This document shows positions 12,742 to 24,972 of a stretch of DNA of 64,000 nucleotides, piece by piece. The notes under the pieces were generated by a model. It searched no databases. It had not been told where the DNA came from and saw only the letters and a list, made by a program, of their open reading frames with translations. Position numbers and translations under genes: made by a program. Every line of letters starts with the position of its first letter. Positions within the stretch are counted from its first letter, which is position 1. Source of the DNA: Chlorokybus atmophyticus (Eukaryota; Plantae; Mesostigma and Chlorokybus algae); contig RHPI01003642.1 in assembly GCA_009103225.1 (NCBI GenBank), positions 24,853 through 88,852 on the forward strand, written 5' to 3'.

Positions 12742-15286
12742 ATGGCAATGGAAAAGGACCCTCTTTATCAGCTCGGGACGGAAGATTACCAAGTTGTGGT
12801 GTTTCCCAAGTATGAAGCCAAAGCGGGTTCTAGCAGCAGAGGCGGCGCCTTATTCATGGCATTGCTGCTGGCAGTGATCGCCTTCTTGGGCTACACTCGC
12901 CCAGTGCTTGGCGCCGTCCTGGCAATCCTGGGCTCTGCCGTCTACGCCTACGGCTGGTACCCCGCCTGGAGACTGCGACACATACCTGGCCCTGAGCCAA
13001 AATGGCTTGTTGGCAACCTGGCGGAGTACCGCAGGTACAACAACCTGTGTTTCAGTGTCCATAATTGCGGCTGCTTGACTCGTGCTTTCTTGTCCCCTTG
13101 TGCATGGCTGCTTGCCGCGCATGGCTCCTCATCCTGGTTTTTCTGCTGTATGCGCTGCATGTGAACAAACAGGATGTGAATGGTGCCATGCGCATTGTTG
13201 AGCAGTGCACTTACCCAGACATTTCATGTTTGGGTCCCATGCTGGCGTATGCCATGCCCATTGTTGAGCAGTTCATGTTCTCAAAAATTGTATGTTTGGA
13301 ATGCGTGCAGCCTTATGCCGCACATAGCTCTGAAACTCTGGTCCGACAAGTACGGCCCTGTCGTGAAGTACTGCATCGGGCACACGCCGGCTGTGGCCGT
13401 CTGCGATGCCGACCTCGTAAAGGAGGTCACCATCAAGCAGTTCAAAAACTTCCACGATCGCATGCGCAACCCGCTGCTGCCTCCCAGGGCCGAGCTGGGC
13501 CTCGTGTTCAGCAGGTGCATTGGGTTGCATGCGAGATGGCTTGCGTTTCAGTCATGACTGCATTTTTGTTTAATCAAGCTTGAAGCTGCTACACTCTGCA
13601 GGGGTACGTACTGGGAAGGGGTGCGCAACAATGCCATGCCTCTGTTTCATAGTCAGCGGTTGGCAAAGTACGGGCCTCAGATTAACATAGAAGCAGAGAA
13701 GCTGATCAAGCGTCTGGAGGATGTCCCGAAAGGCGAGTTCTTACCGATCTCGGTTTGGATCAAGCAGATGACTCTGGATGTCATCGGCAGCACCGTGTTT
13801 GGACAGGAGTTTGCTGCGCAGCGCGACAGCAGTTCTGGTTTGGGGGCAGCTGTCAACAACCTGGTCAGCTTTGACAAGTTGCCCCTGTCAATCCTGGTTG
13901 CCTTCTTCGTGCCGGAGCTGGCCCCGATTGTCTGGGCAGCGATGCTGCGCATACCTTCCACATCAGAGCATCAGATGTCCAAGGTAAGGGGCTTCGTTGT
14001 CCAGCCTCCAGTGTTGTCTTTGTCAGCACATTTTTTATCGTATCAATTGTTGTTGTTTGTTTTTAAGTTGTGCATGGAAAGAACTGTGCACCAGGCAAGT
14101 ACAGCACTGTGCTTGCAAAAACTTGTGCATTGGTGCATTTGTGTGTGATGATGTATGCGCGTCATGATCTGATTATGTGTACATGTCAACGTGCAGTTGC
14201 GCGAGGTTGCTTTGGAGCACTGCATGAAGACTTTGCAAAATCGGAAGCATGACGCCGACGCTGACAACATGTTTGACTTTATGACAATGCTTATGCGCTC
14301 AAAGAACAAGGAGACCGGTCAAAGCCTTTCTGACGATGAGACAACAACTCAAGCCTTTGATATGATTGGTGTGTGCGGCACGTGTGTCTCACAATGCTGT
14401 GGAATTGCAGCAGAGTACTAATAATCGCGACTGTTGCAGGTGCGGGATTTGATACAACAGCCAATGCGTAAGTAGAAAATGCACATTATGTGACCACGAT
14501 GAAGTGGTGTGCATGCTACGTACTAGATATTAGTAGGCTCCGTTTGCACATAGCAAGTATCAGAAGCTGACAGCTCTGTGCAAAAGGCTGGCGTTTGCGG
14601 TGCACCTTATTGCGCAGCATCCTGGGGTAGAGGCGAGATTGCTGCAGGAGATTGACGCCTTTGGTGATCGCCTGCCAACTTTTGAAGATCTCAGCGACTT
14701 CCCATATGTTGGTAAGTCAAGGTAGCGGAGTTCGTGGATGCTTGGTTACCAACTTCCTGAGGCACCCACCTGCATGCAGAGGCTGTGTTCAAGGAGACCA
14801 TGCGCGTGCATCCTCCAATCGCAAACTTCTCACGCGAGGCCATCAACCCCACCACGATTGCGGGCTACCACATTCCCAAGGGAGTCAGCGTTGTCACTGG
14901 AACGTACGCTCTGCACATGAACCCTGAGCATTTTGCGAATCCGACCAAGTTCCAGCCGGAGCGCTTCATGCCTGAATCCGAAGAAAACAAGCGAAGGCAT
15001 CCGTATGCATATGTTCCGTTTGGAGCAGGCCCCAGGTAGGCTTCTGATGTGGCAGTTGTCGAATCTTGCTTACATGCTTGCCAATGGTCGCTGACTGCAT
15101 GCTTGTGATGACAGGATGTGCCTTGGCTACAAGTTTGCTCTGGAAGAAGCCAAGCTTACGCTCATTCGTGTGTATAAGCGCTTTACTTTCCGTTTGAAGC
15201 CTGGCACTGAGGGGCCACTCAAGATTCGCAGTGCGCTCATCAATCGTCCTCTTAACCCTGTCATGGTGTCGGTGCATCCTCGTTGA
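12742..15286 (+). CDS. Cytochrome P450, probably CYP711-clan / thromboxane-synthase-like
   Basis: N-terminal membrane anchor followed by IPGP. I-helix AGFDTTANALAF, K-helix KETMR, PERF and heme motif FGAGPR|MCLG are spread over about 7 exons. TGA at 15284-15286. Confidence 0.92.
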
Positions 15287-16304
15287 GTCAATATAAGGGT
15301 GTCGTACAGCCCATTTTGTTGATGCACATGTGGGGCTGTGTATATAGTCGTCATGCAGTGTTATTTATCACTAGCCAACTGCTGTTCTTGTGCAATTCCT
15401 GTCTGACTGGCCACCTCGCCTTGACAGTGTCGTGTCACATGTAAGTGACGAGAATTTGCTGCGTAGACGCATGTACTAGTCATAGGTGATGTCGTAGACC
15501 CTGACCTTGGCCTTGTGCTGGTCATTTGCAATCATGTTTGCCCTTGTTCGTTTTGCTGGTAACCATGTTACTGCCAGTGGCAGGTGCCTATGAGTCTGCC
15601 ACTGGCTGGTGCCTTTGAGAGGACAATTGAAAAGTCTACGTCAGATGGCAAGCACTGCAACCCGTGTTCTAATGCACGGTCGCAATCACATGATTGGATT
15701 CTGAGCATTGCAACACTATAATACAGCTATTCATACAGGCATAGTGTCACCTGCCATACGTAGATACACATACGTGCACAAAGCTTGCCATGTATGATTT
15801 GCCTCTTCCATGTTGTGTATACTGCAAGCCATCCGCATACAGATGGGGTGGTAGTAGTAGTTGTAGGTGGCAGTTGTAGGTGGTAGACAATTCAACAGCG
15901 TGCTATAATCCGATGGTCGTGAAGGTGCATGTTTGTGCACCGTGCTATGTTGTGCATGTGAGTTGTGGAATACATGCAACAAATACTGTCAGCGTCCTTT
16001 TGTACACTGTTGAACAAGAGCAGTATTCAGATGGTAATATCTCAACATTATGCACACAACTCTCACCTGCAACAGCAATCACGACCAAACGGAAAGTGTC
16101 ACCAAGCTTACGACGTTCAAGCCAAACACGGATACTTCATCACAGCTGAAGCAGCTGCAATAATTCAAAAAATGATTTCGCACTTGACTTTAACTGAAAA
16201 GCCCTTGCCATAGTATTGCAGCAGCTCAAGAGTACACTCACAAGCCTGTTGCATCGGCAAGCTATGGGAGGATGACGCTTCTATCTGCATGCCTTAGTGT
16301 GTTG

Positions 16305-19091
16305 TCAGGTTATGCGCAGCGTCCACGTCGTTAAGGCCACACTCAAGATTGATGTCTTTCTACAAGAGGGTTTCCTAGAGAAAGCGCAGTTCTGCCACCT
16401 GTGCCCATTACAATTTCCCACCCAGCTGAGGCAGCGACTGTAGCTGATATCTGCCAGCTCAGACCAAACTTCGCTCAGGGCATACACTGTCCAGACTCTC
16501 AAGACACTTTGAGTTGCTTGCAACCTTCATGGCCCGGCCGGCGTGGTAGCACCTACCTGCGCAATTGCTATGCCACTGAGCGTATGCTCACATCCAGAGC
16601 AAACGAGACTGCTGTGAATCCATACGTACCTCAGGCCGCTTGATGTCCTGTCTGGGACACGCAGCAAGCTGCTGAGTTGTCTACAACCAGCAAGCCTATC
16701 ACCTTTCAGATGAAGCGCTCGGTGCCACTCCCTCCAAAGATGCACGTGCTGTGCTGAGTGCAGCACAACACATAACACACTGGTTGAAGGGAGGTATGCA
16801 CGTAACTGCGCATGCCAGATGTCTGGACTCAACACTTCTACTGCTGCAGCTGACAGCAACTCCAATGTTAAACAGCGCCCACTCACTCTGCTCCCTGTTC
16901 ACATCACCACTGAGCAGATGCCGCGGTACAGCGTCTGGCACAGGTCAAAGATCTGTCGTGCCGCCACAGCAGCGTCACGCGGCCCATTGCGCCCGCAGCG
17001 CAGCCCAGGCAGGCTGCTCTCTTCACTGACCGACCAGCGATTGTCCTCCTCCTCCTCTTCCTCCTCATCCATGTCTTCGCGCCCCTCGTCACCTTCTTTG
17101 CAATTGCTGCTATCATTGTGACCAGTGATATGCGTCTTCAGCCATGCATCAAGCTTGGCATCCAGCACCCTGTTCACAGCGCCCAACAGCCCCGCGTGCG
17201 GCGCAGACGCGGTTTGAAGCACCTTGCCCGCATGCACATGGCGCTCCTTGAGTAGAGCTGGCAACACAACAGCCTGCACATGACGCTCCTCAAACAAGCA
17301 GTTGCATGACATCCGTTGAGGGCCAAACTAACTATTCAAGCACAACCTGCCTACCATGCTTATGCCAGCACGTGGCCCATAATGCTGCTCAAACAGCGCT
17401 GTGTCAAGCTTCGACTGTCGCCACACCATCTCACGCTCGGTCACTGCGCTCTGCAACTTCAACAGATTAGATCACAAACCAGCAAGAACGAGCAGCGCTG
17501 AGCTCATGCTTACATACCTTGAGGCGCACCAGCCTTGGCCGTGACAACAGATAACTCTCTGCTCCTGCCACCATGCCAGCTGCCTCGTCATGCTCGTCTC
17601 CATTGCTACACAACACCCGTAGCATCGCAAGATGATGATGATGCGAGAACCCATTGTGGTGGTCTTCCATTGCTCCGTCCTGCTCATCACCATGACCTTC
17701 GGCCCCGCCAACAGCCGGGCTCTCAAGCTGCAGTAGCTGCCAGCGGCAGCGTGCAATGGCACAATCCAACTCGCTACTTGGAAACCGCGTGGAAGAATAC
17801 ACTCCACCATCTACTCTGTCTCCTCCTTGCTGCTGCTCCTCTGAGCTTGGAAGTGCCTGCGCAGGGAGAAAATTTTCCGTTCGTCGGCGTCGTTTGCGCA
17901 CTGGGCCGAGCGAGTCGTCGCCGCCGTCTTGCCACAACCACGACTGCGTGCAGTGCACTGGCTGTGCGTGCGGTAGGGAGCCCGCCTCCGGACGTGCAGC
18001 CACCAAGCCTTCGCCTCTTGGGGTGTTGGTGGGAGCAGATGTTGCTGCAGTTGCCATTGGCATGGGGGAGTCGGATGACTCTCGCGCTGCTGGCAACCGG
18101 TTGTTGGCGGCCACTGATGGCGATGCAGCAGCCTGTTATGGACAAGACGGGATCAAACAACCCATAGCCATGCATGCGTGCATGTGCAGATGATCACGCT
18201 CATGTTCATGCCTGGTTCTGTGTACCTTCAAGAGGGATGTCAGCTCATTGTGCTTGGTGGCAGCATAAGATCTTCGGCCAACCAGCCGTATCTGCAACGC
18301 CTGCACCTGCCAGGCACCCAAAGTTTTCATGCTTTACACTTTGCAATTCATGCGCTTCCTGTGCGTACAGATTTGATCTATTACATGCAAGCTTGCACCA
18401 ATGCACAGTTGCAAGATTGATGGGACGACGTTGGCTGGCGTGGTCGCAAGAACGAACGAACACCCGTGCGATTCAGTGTCAACCCCTTAAGCTATGGCAC
18501 ACCAACGGCGCATGGCTTATGCCAAACAAGGCAGCCAGCTTGAGGGAGAGTTACTGAGGAGACTGTGTGCATTGCAGTGGCACTCATGTGTCTCACCTGG
18601 TCCAGTGGCAGCGCCTGCAGCGGCGGCAAGTCCAGCCTCAGACGGTCCCTCACTCCCGTCACGTTCAGCGCCCCACAATGCCCGCAAAACGTCCTGCATG
18701 CAAACTGCGCTGCGTCAACAACTCAACGTGGTTCTGAAGTGACAACCCCCTACGACAGTGGGCGTGCATGCTCAGCTTGCGAACACCCAAGCTGTGAATG
18801 CAATCTGCATACATCGCATGCAAGCGTCAGTGAGCGCAGCAGCAGTTGCAGTGCTCGCCTTGCGTATGAAGAAGTTGCGCCACTTGCAGGTGGTTGTTGC
18901 TGGGGTACAATCGGCAGGAGGGCATGGCAGCTGACGCACGGCCACACCTTGGCTCCGCACGACGCGCACGCCAGCGACACCGCCGTCCACACGGTGACGA
19001 CGGCGGCGGCGGTCGACCCAGCATCGCTTTCAGGCCATGTCCCGGGCAGCTCCGCCAGCGCCGCCCGCACTCCGCACGCCGGACATTGCAT
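16305..19091 (-). CDS. Hypothetical multi-exon protein with Cys-rich (CxxC x3) N-terminus; exon structure and 3' end uncertain
   Basis: GC-rich coding-like ORFs bounded by GT/AG: MQCPACG...CASCG...CVSCH (ATG 19091), a 215-aa ORF ending at a gtatgt donor, and an acidic exon (DEEEEEEED). No family recognised. Confidence 0.4.
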
Positions 19092-19610
19092 GACTGACTC
19101 TCCCCAACCTGTCTCCTTTAAGGGCCCTGCCGCCCACCTCCCCCTGGCAACCACCCCCACCGCCGCCCAGCCCGAACCCTCTTCAAAACCCCCAAAAGGT
19201 CCCAACCACACCCCCAACTCCGGTCCTGAACTCAGCCAAATCTCCCGCCCTACCAGTGTACCGTACATTGTGTACGACGGGCCCCCAGAAGCCCAAATCA
19301 TGGAAATCATGACATTTCCCGCGTAGAAAGTTCTTGGCTATTGTTCAAAAGATCACACGGTAGATCGGGAGACAGCAGGAGGATTTACTTTTCTGCGCAT
19401 CACAAACGATTGGAATCGCACTTGTAGGCAGGCGTAGCCGTATAGGCAATGCAATCAACGATGATTAGTGGGCTTTCAGGGCTTGGTTGGAACCTACACT
19501 TTAGCGAAGCTGCCACGTGTGGGTTTGTTGGTGCTTTGGGGGGAAAATCAGGGAGGAGAGAGGGACAGACAGGCGTTGGTGTGCGGCGGCGGCGGCGGCG
19601 GCGGGTGGGG

Positions 19611-21277
19611 ATGGAGGGGCGGAGGGCGCCCGGGGCGTTGGGACCAACGTCGGCGTGGTCGTCAGCGGTGGAGCAGTTGCCGGTCGAGCTGGTGGGCGAG
19701 GTTCTGGCGCACCTGGACGGCGCCAGTCTCGCTAGGGCGACCTGCGTCTCCCGCCGCTGGAGGGACTGCGCTGCCAGGGACGAGCTCTGGCAGGGGGTCT
19801 GCGCTCGGCGCTGGCCCGTCTTCCGACAGGTATGCGTTGCGGGGATGGGTATGCTTTGGTAGGGCGGGAAACGGAGAGCCTGGCAAGGAGAGAGTATTAC
19901 CACCCCTTCCCCACCTCCCTTTCCCATTTCTCTTACTTCTTTGATCTGCGAGAGATTGCCTACCTTGCACCCCCAGAACAAGGGTTGTAGGTGGGACACT
20001 TACTTTATTACTTACTTTATTTTTGTAGACTGTGCACATATTCCAGTGCTCGCGCGCCTTTGAACTTCGGCTGTGTGTAACAGTCTCCTCATCGCCAGAA
20101 ACGCCTCACGTCTGTTTCAATTTGGGGTGGCGGGGTTCAAGATTGTATTTACAAAGCACGTGTTCTTGATGCCCTTCAAGCTTGATAATATGTGAACCAG
20201 GTTTAATGAAAGATTCGCACTGCGCGCAAGACCATATTGTGGTGATTGGTCGTGTTGCTCTTGACGGTCTGCATGGGACAGTTTCACGAAGCGCCAGCCA
20301 ATGAAACAGCGTGCATGAGGGTACCAGCTGTTGACAGCGCGCTCACCACGTTGTGTCGCAGGTGAAGCGCAGCAAAGCGTCGTCCTACAAGCAGCTGTAC
20401 GCGCAGTTGGGGAACTTTAGCGATGAGCAGGCAGCTTTAGACGGCGAGGAGCTGTTCGCATCACAGCCGGACGTGAGCCTCGCTGATCTCTCCCTAGTGC
20501 TGGACGTCACATGGCAAGGCTCACCGGTGAGTGTGTTGTCATTATCACGCACGCATGTCATTGTATTGCAATTGAGTACTGCTACAGCTCTGAAACTGAC
20601 ATACCACTCTCTCTCGGCATGCAGATTCTCCAAAGCATCGTGCCGGGGCAGCTTCTGAAAGAGCTATGTACTTCTATCCTCAGCATGCGGCCTCAGACGA
20701 CAGCCGGCCACCTGCTGGGGTTCCGCGCGGAACACGCCGTCGGGGGCTGCAGCGCCAACTGTCTTCGCTGCGCGCGTGTGCTTGTGCATGCCATCCGCCA
20801 TTCCGATGGCGGTGTCGCGCGACTGCTGGACTCCGCTCGCGATCTTGCAGAGGTGAGACTTGTTAGCAGCATCATGATGCGCGCATTTGTAGGAAGGTTT
20901 ACGGACAGAGGGTTGACACCATGCATGGTTTGTATCCGCAGATGAAGTTTGCTCCGCCTACCCTTGTGTTGCAAAGGCAGCTGAAGTTGCCAGACGGCAA
21001 TGTCAACATGCACGCTGAGTTGAAGCTGCCTGAGTTGCGGCGCTCCCTATCAGGCGAGGAGAAAGATGACGAGGAGGAGGAAAGGGAGGATACAGTTGCT
21101 GATGTTGCCAGTGGCGCCGATGGTGACGCACACACAGGTGGCTGCGCAAAGCACTGTCTGCGCTCGCTGATGCTGTGCTCCCACCTCGTGTATGAGGGCG
21201 CCTCCCACGTGTCCATCCGCGTGGGTATTGTGCTGCTGGAGCAGTTTTTGAGGCACGCAGACGTCACTTGGTTTTGA
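19611..21277 (+). CDS. F-box protein
   Basis: Exon 1 reads LPVELVGEVLAHLDGASLARATCVSRRWRDCAARDELWQGVCARRWP (F-box consensus). Later exons (KQLYAQ..., LADLSLVLDVTWQG, ...HADVTWF*) are bounded by AG/GT. Confidence 0.82.
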
Positions 21278-22249
21278 AGTGTAGTGCGCTGCTAGCGTTG
21301 GGGTTGGCGTAGTTTGTGTGTGATTAAGAGAGTAGCACTGCTTGCTGTGACAGCATTGTTGCCTGTCACAGGTATGTATTGTACAGTAGTAGGGTTGGTC
21401 TAGGTGGCCTTCTCCTATCCCTTGTCAAGTAGCTAGATCTAACTGATGAGAGTGTGGGGTTGGGTATTGAATTGAGTACATTCCTTCGCAATAACTGTGT
21501 TGGGATTGCACGTATGGTGGTTGCGCCAGACACATTGGTAGCGTAAGCTGGACCCATACTGCTAGCACTGCATGTGCGTGCTCGTGATAATTGGTGAAGA
21601 TATCCATGGGACTTCGAAGCAACTTCACCGCGCCTCAAGTATTGACCCACAACACGTCTATCATGGGTACAATGCTCCGACTACTACCTAACTCTGATGA
21701 CAATGTTGTTGGTTGAAATATCTACCATTGCGGTGGAGCCTCACTTGGCTCTACCTGCGATGTACCCAGTGCAACGACAAGGCATAAGCATTGTGATGTC
21801 AGCAAGGGGAATGGGTACGATCTGGTCTTGTTCATCGCGGCATATATTCATGCTAGTGCAAGCAAAGTGCAAACGTATTGAACTGGCGTTGTTGGCATGA
21901 AATACCAAGTGGTGCTTAGCATTAGTACAAAAATTGTTGGCTAAGCACCAATAGTCAATTTTCGATATCCAGAAGGATTTTTTGTCCATACATGTCCAGT
22001 TTGATCATCGCTTGTTAGGACCATTTGCTGAAGTAGGCCTGAACAGGCTAAACTGGATCACCAACAGGTTGATCTTGACAAAGTTCATTCATCCCCACCC
22101 GGCAATCGTGTAATAATTGCTAAACACCTAGGCACACAAAGGCTCCAGAGCATGTAGGCAACTGGAATCTCATTGTGCAGCAATAACTGCAGACCAACAC
22201 AGACAACTCCTTCACTCCTCTGCTTGACATATACACACTGACACACACG

Positions 22250-24256
22250 CTACTGCACAGCGATTTGGAGTAAATTCCTCTTATCCAGGAACCCGATAAC
22301 TTGGTCCGAGACAGCCCACATGATGGCCTGTCCCGGTGGTATACGCATTAGTCTCGGAAGTAGTCCCTTCCATAGCGCTGGAAACCCCTCTTCGCGTGCC
22401 GTGAGCAGGATGCAATGCACCATGCCTTTGTACTTTGGGGTATGATCGGCGGCGGCCCGGCCTTGAGCCATGAGACGGGTCTTGGCCACATCGAATGGAC
22501 CCGTCGCGCACGGGCCGAACATACCAGCCAGGAAGCCGGATAACATCGACTGTTGCGGTTTCAACACCACGCCATCGCCCTCCTGCTTACCCCACAGATG
22601 CACGTCGAAGAAGTTCTTCGCCCAGAACATCGCCGCCTAAACAGTGTACATGTGCACTTGTGTGTGTATGCATGTGTGTATGTGCATGTTCGCACGCGTC
22701 TGTATATGTGTGCGTGCGTGTATGCGCGTGCGCGTGCGCGTGCGTGCTGCTGTGAGTATGACTGTCACTGTGACCATCTCCGGTGGCATGCGTATACCTG
22801 GTTTGTGCCGTTGCGCATGACTGTGGGTGCTGCGCCGCTCCATAGTCCGCGCAGGCCCTCCTCCCTGAGTATGAGCCCCGCCGTGTGGACCGGCCCCTTA
22901 TACTTGAGCGTCTCCCTCACCATGCCCCTCTGCTGCTGAAGACGGATCTTCACAACCTGCGCACACACTCTCGCTAAGTTGCTGAGAGAGCCATCATCCA
23001 AGGACGAAGACAACTCGCAACAAAGACAAGCACACTTCTGCATATTGGCACTCGGTCACACACCTCAAAGGGAGTGACGATGACGAGGGCCTCTGTCACG
23101 CCCGCCCCAAAGCCTGCGAGCATGCGTCTCGCAGGCGTCAGCATCCCCGTCTCTCGTGACCTCAACGCCGACTGCGGGTCAACAACCAGCAGATTGGACG
23201 TGTTACTAACAATGACAACAACAACAACAACAGCGACTCCCGCTGCTGGTGGTGCATGAGCTTGCCTGAAAGACGGCGTTGGTGCCCATGCGCAGGCCGT
23301 ACTTGAGCGTGAGATGCGTTGCGAAGGGGGTCAGACCCTTCCACAGCGACCGCAACCCTTCCTCCCGCGTGACCTGTGATAATGACATGAGAATGACTGC
23401 ATGCCTTATACTGCATTGGTTGCGTGCATGTGAGAAGCGTATGCATGTGCGGCAATGTTGAAATGGACCTGTGCTAGAGTGCCGGAAATGCCCCCGTGGT
23501 AGCGCCCCGCCCTGTCCAGCTGCAACCGCGTCTTCACCACGTCCATCGGCTGAAACCCAGAAAGCACCACACCATCAGACCATGAGTACCACGTGCTTGG
23601 TGCAAGATTGTTTTGACTCTAGCAGGTGCACAAGACCGCAGGACAAGGACTGCCATTGGATGATCTGATGCGACCCACTCTACAGCTTCATCTTGTTTGT
23701 ATTTTTAGATTCCCCTGTCTCCATAACTCTCATGCCTAGAGGAGATTAACCTTACAGGCCTCACTTGCTCGACCGACATGGCGCCCGTTGTGTGCATTGC
23801 TGCTCGTTTGCGCACTCGCAAACTCACAGGCCATTTCTCTGACTTGGACACAGCAGAGGGCGAAACAAGGCAATAACGATGAGGCATTGGCATCTGAGAA
23901 TTGAACCAGCCAAAACAACAACACCAACGCAACACGACACAGTGCAGAGAACGATACCACAGGCACTCCCACGTCAACCCTCACCCTGTGACAGTCACAT
24001 TCGCGTGATTCGTTTTTCCCCGTGTTTGCTAATCTGGACTCTCTACCTTTTCACATCTCTCACATGTCTTTTGTACCTGCAGGCAGCATGCCTCGATGAC
24101 GCCTCCGACGGATCCCGCCATGGCCCTGGCGGCGGGGCTGGCGGTCGTCCGACGGTCGTTGTGGCCCATCCTGTCCATCCGCCGTGGCTGAGGAGCGGAC
24201 GAGGAGGCGACATCATCAGACACAGCGGCGGCGGTGGTCGCCTTGAGCGGTTCCAT
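22250..24256 (-). CDS. SFC1: Mitochondrial succinate-fumarate carrier
   Basis: GSVGGVIEACCLQ|PMDVVKTRLQLD...|LWKGLTPFATHLTLKYGLRMGTNAVFQ|...GFGAGVTEALVIVTPFE|VVKIRLQQQ...GLWSGAAPTVMRNGTNQ|...GPFDVAKTRLMAQ...LPRLMRIPPGQAIMWAV. Three carrier repeats, with plant SFC1-specific wording. Confidence 0.95.
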
Positions 24257-24972
24257 CAACGGCAGCGCCCGCCGGGCAGGACGGGCGAGGAGAGGACCTG
24301 TTCGCACAGCTACTACTCTGCTACAGCCGCCACCGCATTGTGACTGTCAGGATGAGAGAAGTAGTAGAGAGAGAGCTTGTCTGTGGCAGCTGCTGCCCGG
24401 TTTCAACGCCGCCTTCTCACGCCGCTATCGCCACCCCTCCCGAGCTTGACCGACAAGGCGACGTGCACCCCGCTCATGTACTCTGGAATGCAGAGTTTTT
24501 CGCATGCGCATACAAGAATGTGCTGTCGTTGAACTTGTGGGCCGCTGGGTCACCACCGCCGCCGCCTTGCCGCCACCCCCGCACCTCAATCCAGTGCATG
24601 CATATCCACTCGCTCGCGCACGCCTCTCTCTCGCTCTCTTTCCCAGCCCCCAGGTGGCAATCTTAAACGGGCTGAGGCGCAGCCTCGATATCGTACATCA
24701 CAGCGCCCGACAGCGCCTGCCTACTCCGATACCGTTTCCCTTCCTGACCCGCTTTCAGCGGCAGATGACGGCGCCGCTTGTAGTTCGCGCGAGTCGCGCT
24801 GCCACGTGTCACATCGTTATCATCAACCTGGTTGAGATATCTCTCTCCTTGCCCTCTCAAGTCACGTGACAGGGGCCATCCTCCTCCTCCCCCTCCTTGT
24901 TGGTCGCGGAGCAGGTGAGCAACACCGCCGCCGCCGCCGCCGCCGCTGTGAGAGGTGGTACAGTGCCGTGCG

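Noticed and set aside
21910-21950. 11-bp perfect inverted repeat TGGTGCTTAGC...GCTAAGCACCA
   Set aside because: It is isolated and short, with no repeat family or TSD. Compatible with chance.
22655-22750. Alternating purine-pyrimidine (GT/GC)n tract
   Set aside because: It is an intronic microsatellite of a kind common in introns throughout this window (e.g. 27895-27930).
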